64,000 nt of DNA from a virus, in IMG/VR virus record IMGVR_UViG_3300021600_000005, positions 1-64,000 of that record; one strand, given 5' to 3'. Position 1 is the stretch's first letter. Each line of letters starts with the position of its first letter. Below the pieces are notes generated by a model. It had not been told where the DNA came from. It made no database searches and saw nothing but the letters and a program-made list of their open reading frames with translations. The position numbers and the translations under genes are program-made. Below are positions 63,015 to 64,000 of this stretch, piece by piece.

Positions 63015-64000
63015 ATGGGAAATTTAAGACCTATAGGAAGTGAAAAACTCACAGGAATGGAAAAAATTAATCGTATGATTGAAATTTCAAGATACAATGA
63101 GAGCATTCCTAAATCAATCAATGAAGATAAATCAGTTGAATTTAGTAAAACTTTAACTGATGGTAACAATTATATCATCCAAAAAGAAAAAAGTGGATAC
63201 GTAATTAAACGTACTATAACAGAATCAGATTCAAATTATGAGTATATTGAACCTATGAAAAATAGGAAATATTATTCTTCATATTCAACAGCGCTAAAAA
63301 GGTTGAATCTTATTTCAAATGAAATTAATAAAATTGAAGGTTCTAATGAAAACTTATCTCTTTTTGGAGAAAGTGATGAATCTACAAAATATTTTTTAAA
63401 ATTCGGAGAAAAAAACGAACAAACCGCTCCGGCAACAGCTCCAACCCCGGTTCCAGCTCCGGCTCCGGCTCCAGCACCAGTTCCAGAACCATTACCTACC
63501 GAAACCCCTTCACCTGAAGAAGATGAAGATTTAGATTTTGGTGATGAAATCGAAACTGATGATGATGATATGTCAAACGACGACGAACCTGTTACATTAA
63601 AAACAATTCAAAAATTAACTGGTAAGTTAGCTCAAAAATTAAGAGCGTTTTCTTCAGACGAAGAAAACAAAATGTCATCTAACGATGTTAAATACGTAAT
63701 CAATTCTGTTTTATCAGCGTTAGATTTAAATTCATTAGAAGATGAAGATAAAGAAGAAATTATGTCAAAATTTGAAGGTGGTGATGAGTTATCAGACGAA
63801 GAACCAATGGATAATAATGATATGAATGATGAAGATGACGATACCGATATGGGTGGAGAAGAAGTAACTTCTGAACCTCCGGCAAATCCTGAAGGTGAAA
63901 TGGGCGAATCTAACCATTACCGTTCATTTGATAGTGATGATAATTTTGGACATGATGATTTTGACCATAATGAGTTTGACACATACAAAAATTTACATCA
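63015..64000 (+). CDS. Large acidic, Pro-rich putative virion/scaffold protein, running off the window end
   Basis: ATG 63015 (MGNLRPIGSEKL...) after TATTTAT; open to the window end; APAPAP and D/E-rich linkers. Confidence 0.6.
   Translation, partial: MGNLRPIGSEKLTGMEKINRMIEISRYNESIPKSINEDKSVEFSKTLTDGNNYIIQKEKSGYVIKRTITESDSNYEYIEPMKNRKYYSSYSTALKRLNLISNEINKIEGSNENLSLFGESDESTKYFLKFGEKNEQTAPATAPTPVPAPAPAPAPVPEPLPTETPSPEEDEDLDFGDEIETDDDDMSNDDEPVTLKTIQKLTGKLAQKLRAFSSDEENKMSSNDVKYVINSVLSALDLNSLEDEDKEEIMSKFEGGDELSDEEPMDNNDMNDEDDDTDMGGEEVTSEPPANPEGEMGESNHYRSFDSDDNFGHDDFDHNEFDTYKNLH

Noticed and set aside
1-64000. Stop-codon reassignment (as in some huge phages)
   Set aside because: Conserved genes (dnaK, clpC, thyA, uvrC) are intact and coding density is high under the standard code; TAG terminates genes at sensible positions.

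Overview
Very AT-rich, densely coding 64-kb segment. It most likely comes from a huge (jumbo) tailed phage infecting a Bacteroidetes/Flavobacteria host. Supporting evidence: TTTG-N~20-TAnnTTTG host-type promoters, a Bacteroidetes-like DnaK C-terminus, phage-carried tmRNA and tRNAs, a GH19 endolysin, a GAF-type holin, and dozens of small paralogous ORFs. Recognisable genes include uvrC, thyA, dnaK, an N-domain-less ClpC-like ATPase, an FKBP PPIase, an SLT, a glycan/nucleotide-sugar cluster, a DPPY methyltransferase behind an attC-like hairpin, and a ~850-nt GOLLD-like ncRNA behind four tandem promoters. The most unusual signal is a six-gene family of small proteins whose C-terminal coding sequence is itself a 36-nt CRISPR-like repeat (type VI-B/II-C-like ends), followed by unrelated spacers of mostly 30 nt. 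The 66-nt unit preserves the reading frame, so spacers are translated as variable C-terminal peptides, and no cas gene is visible in the window. A second window-wide pattern: genes preceded by a strand-specific TATTTAT motif mostly start with a (I/L)-x-E leader resembling T4 capsid-targeting/prohead-protease signals. All calls were made by eye, without database searches.
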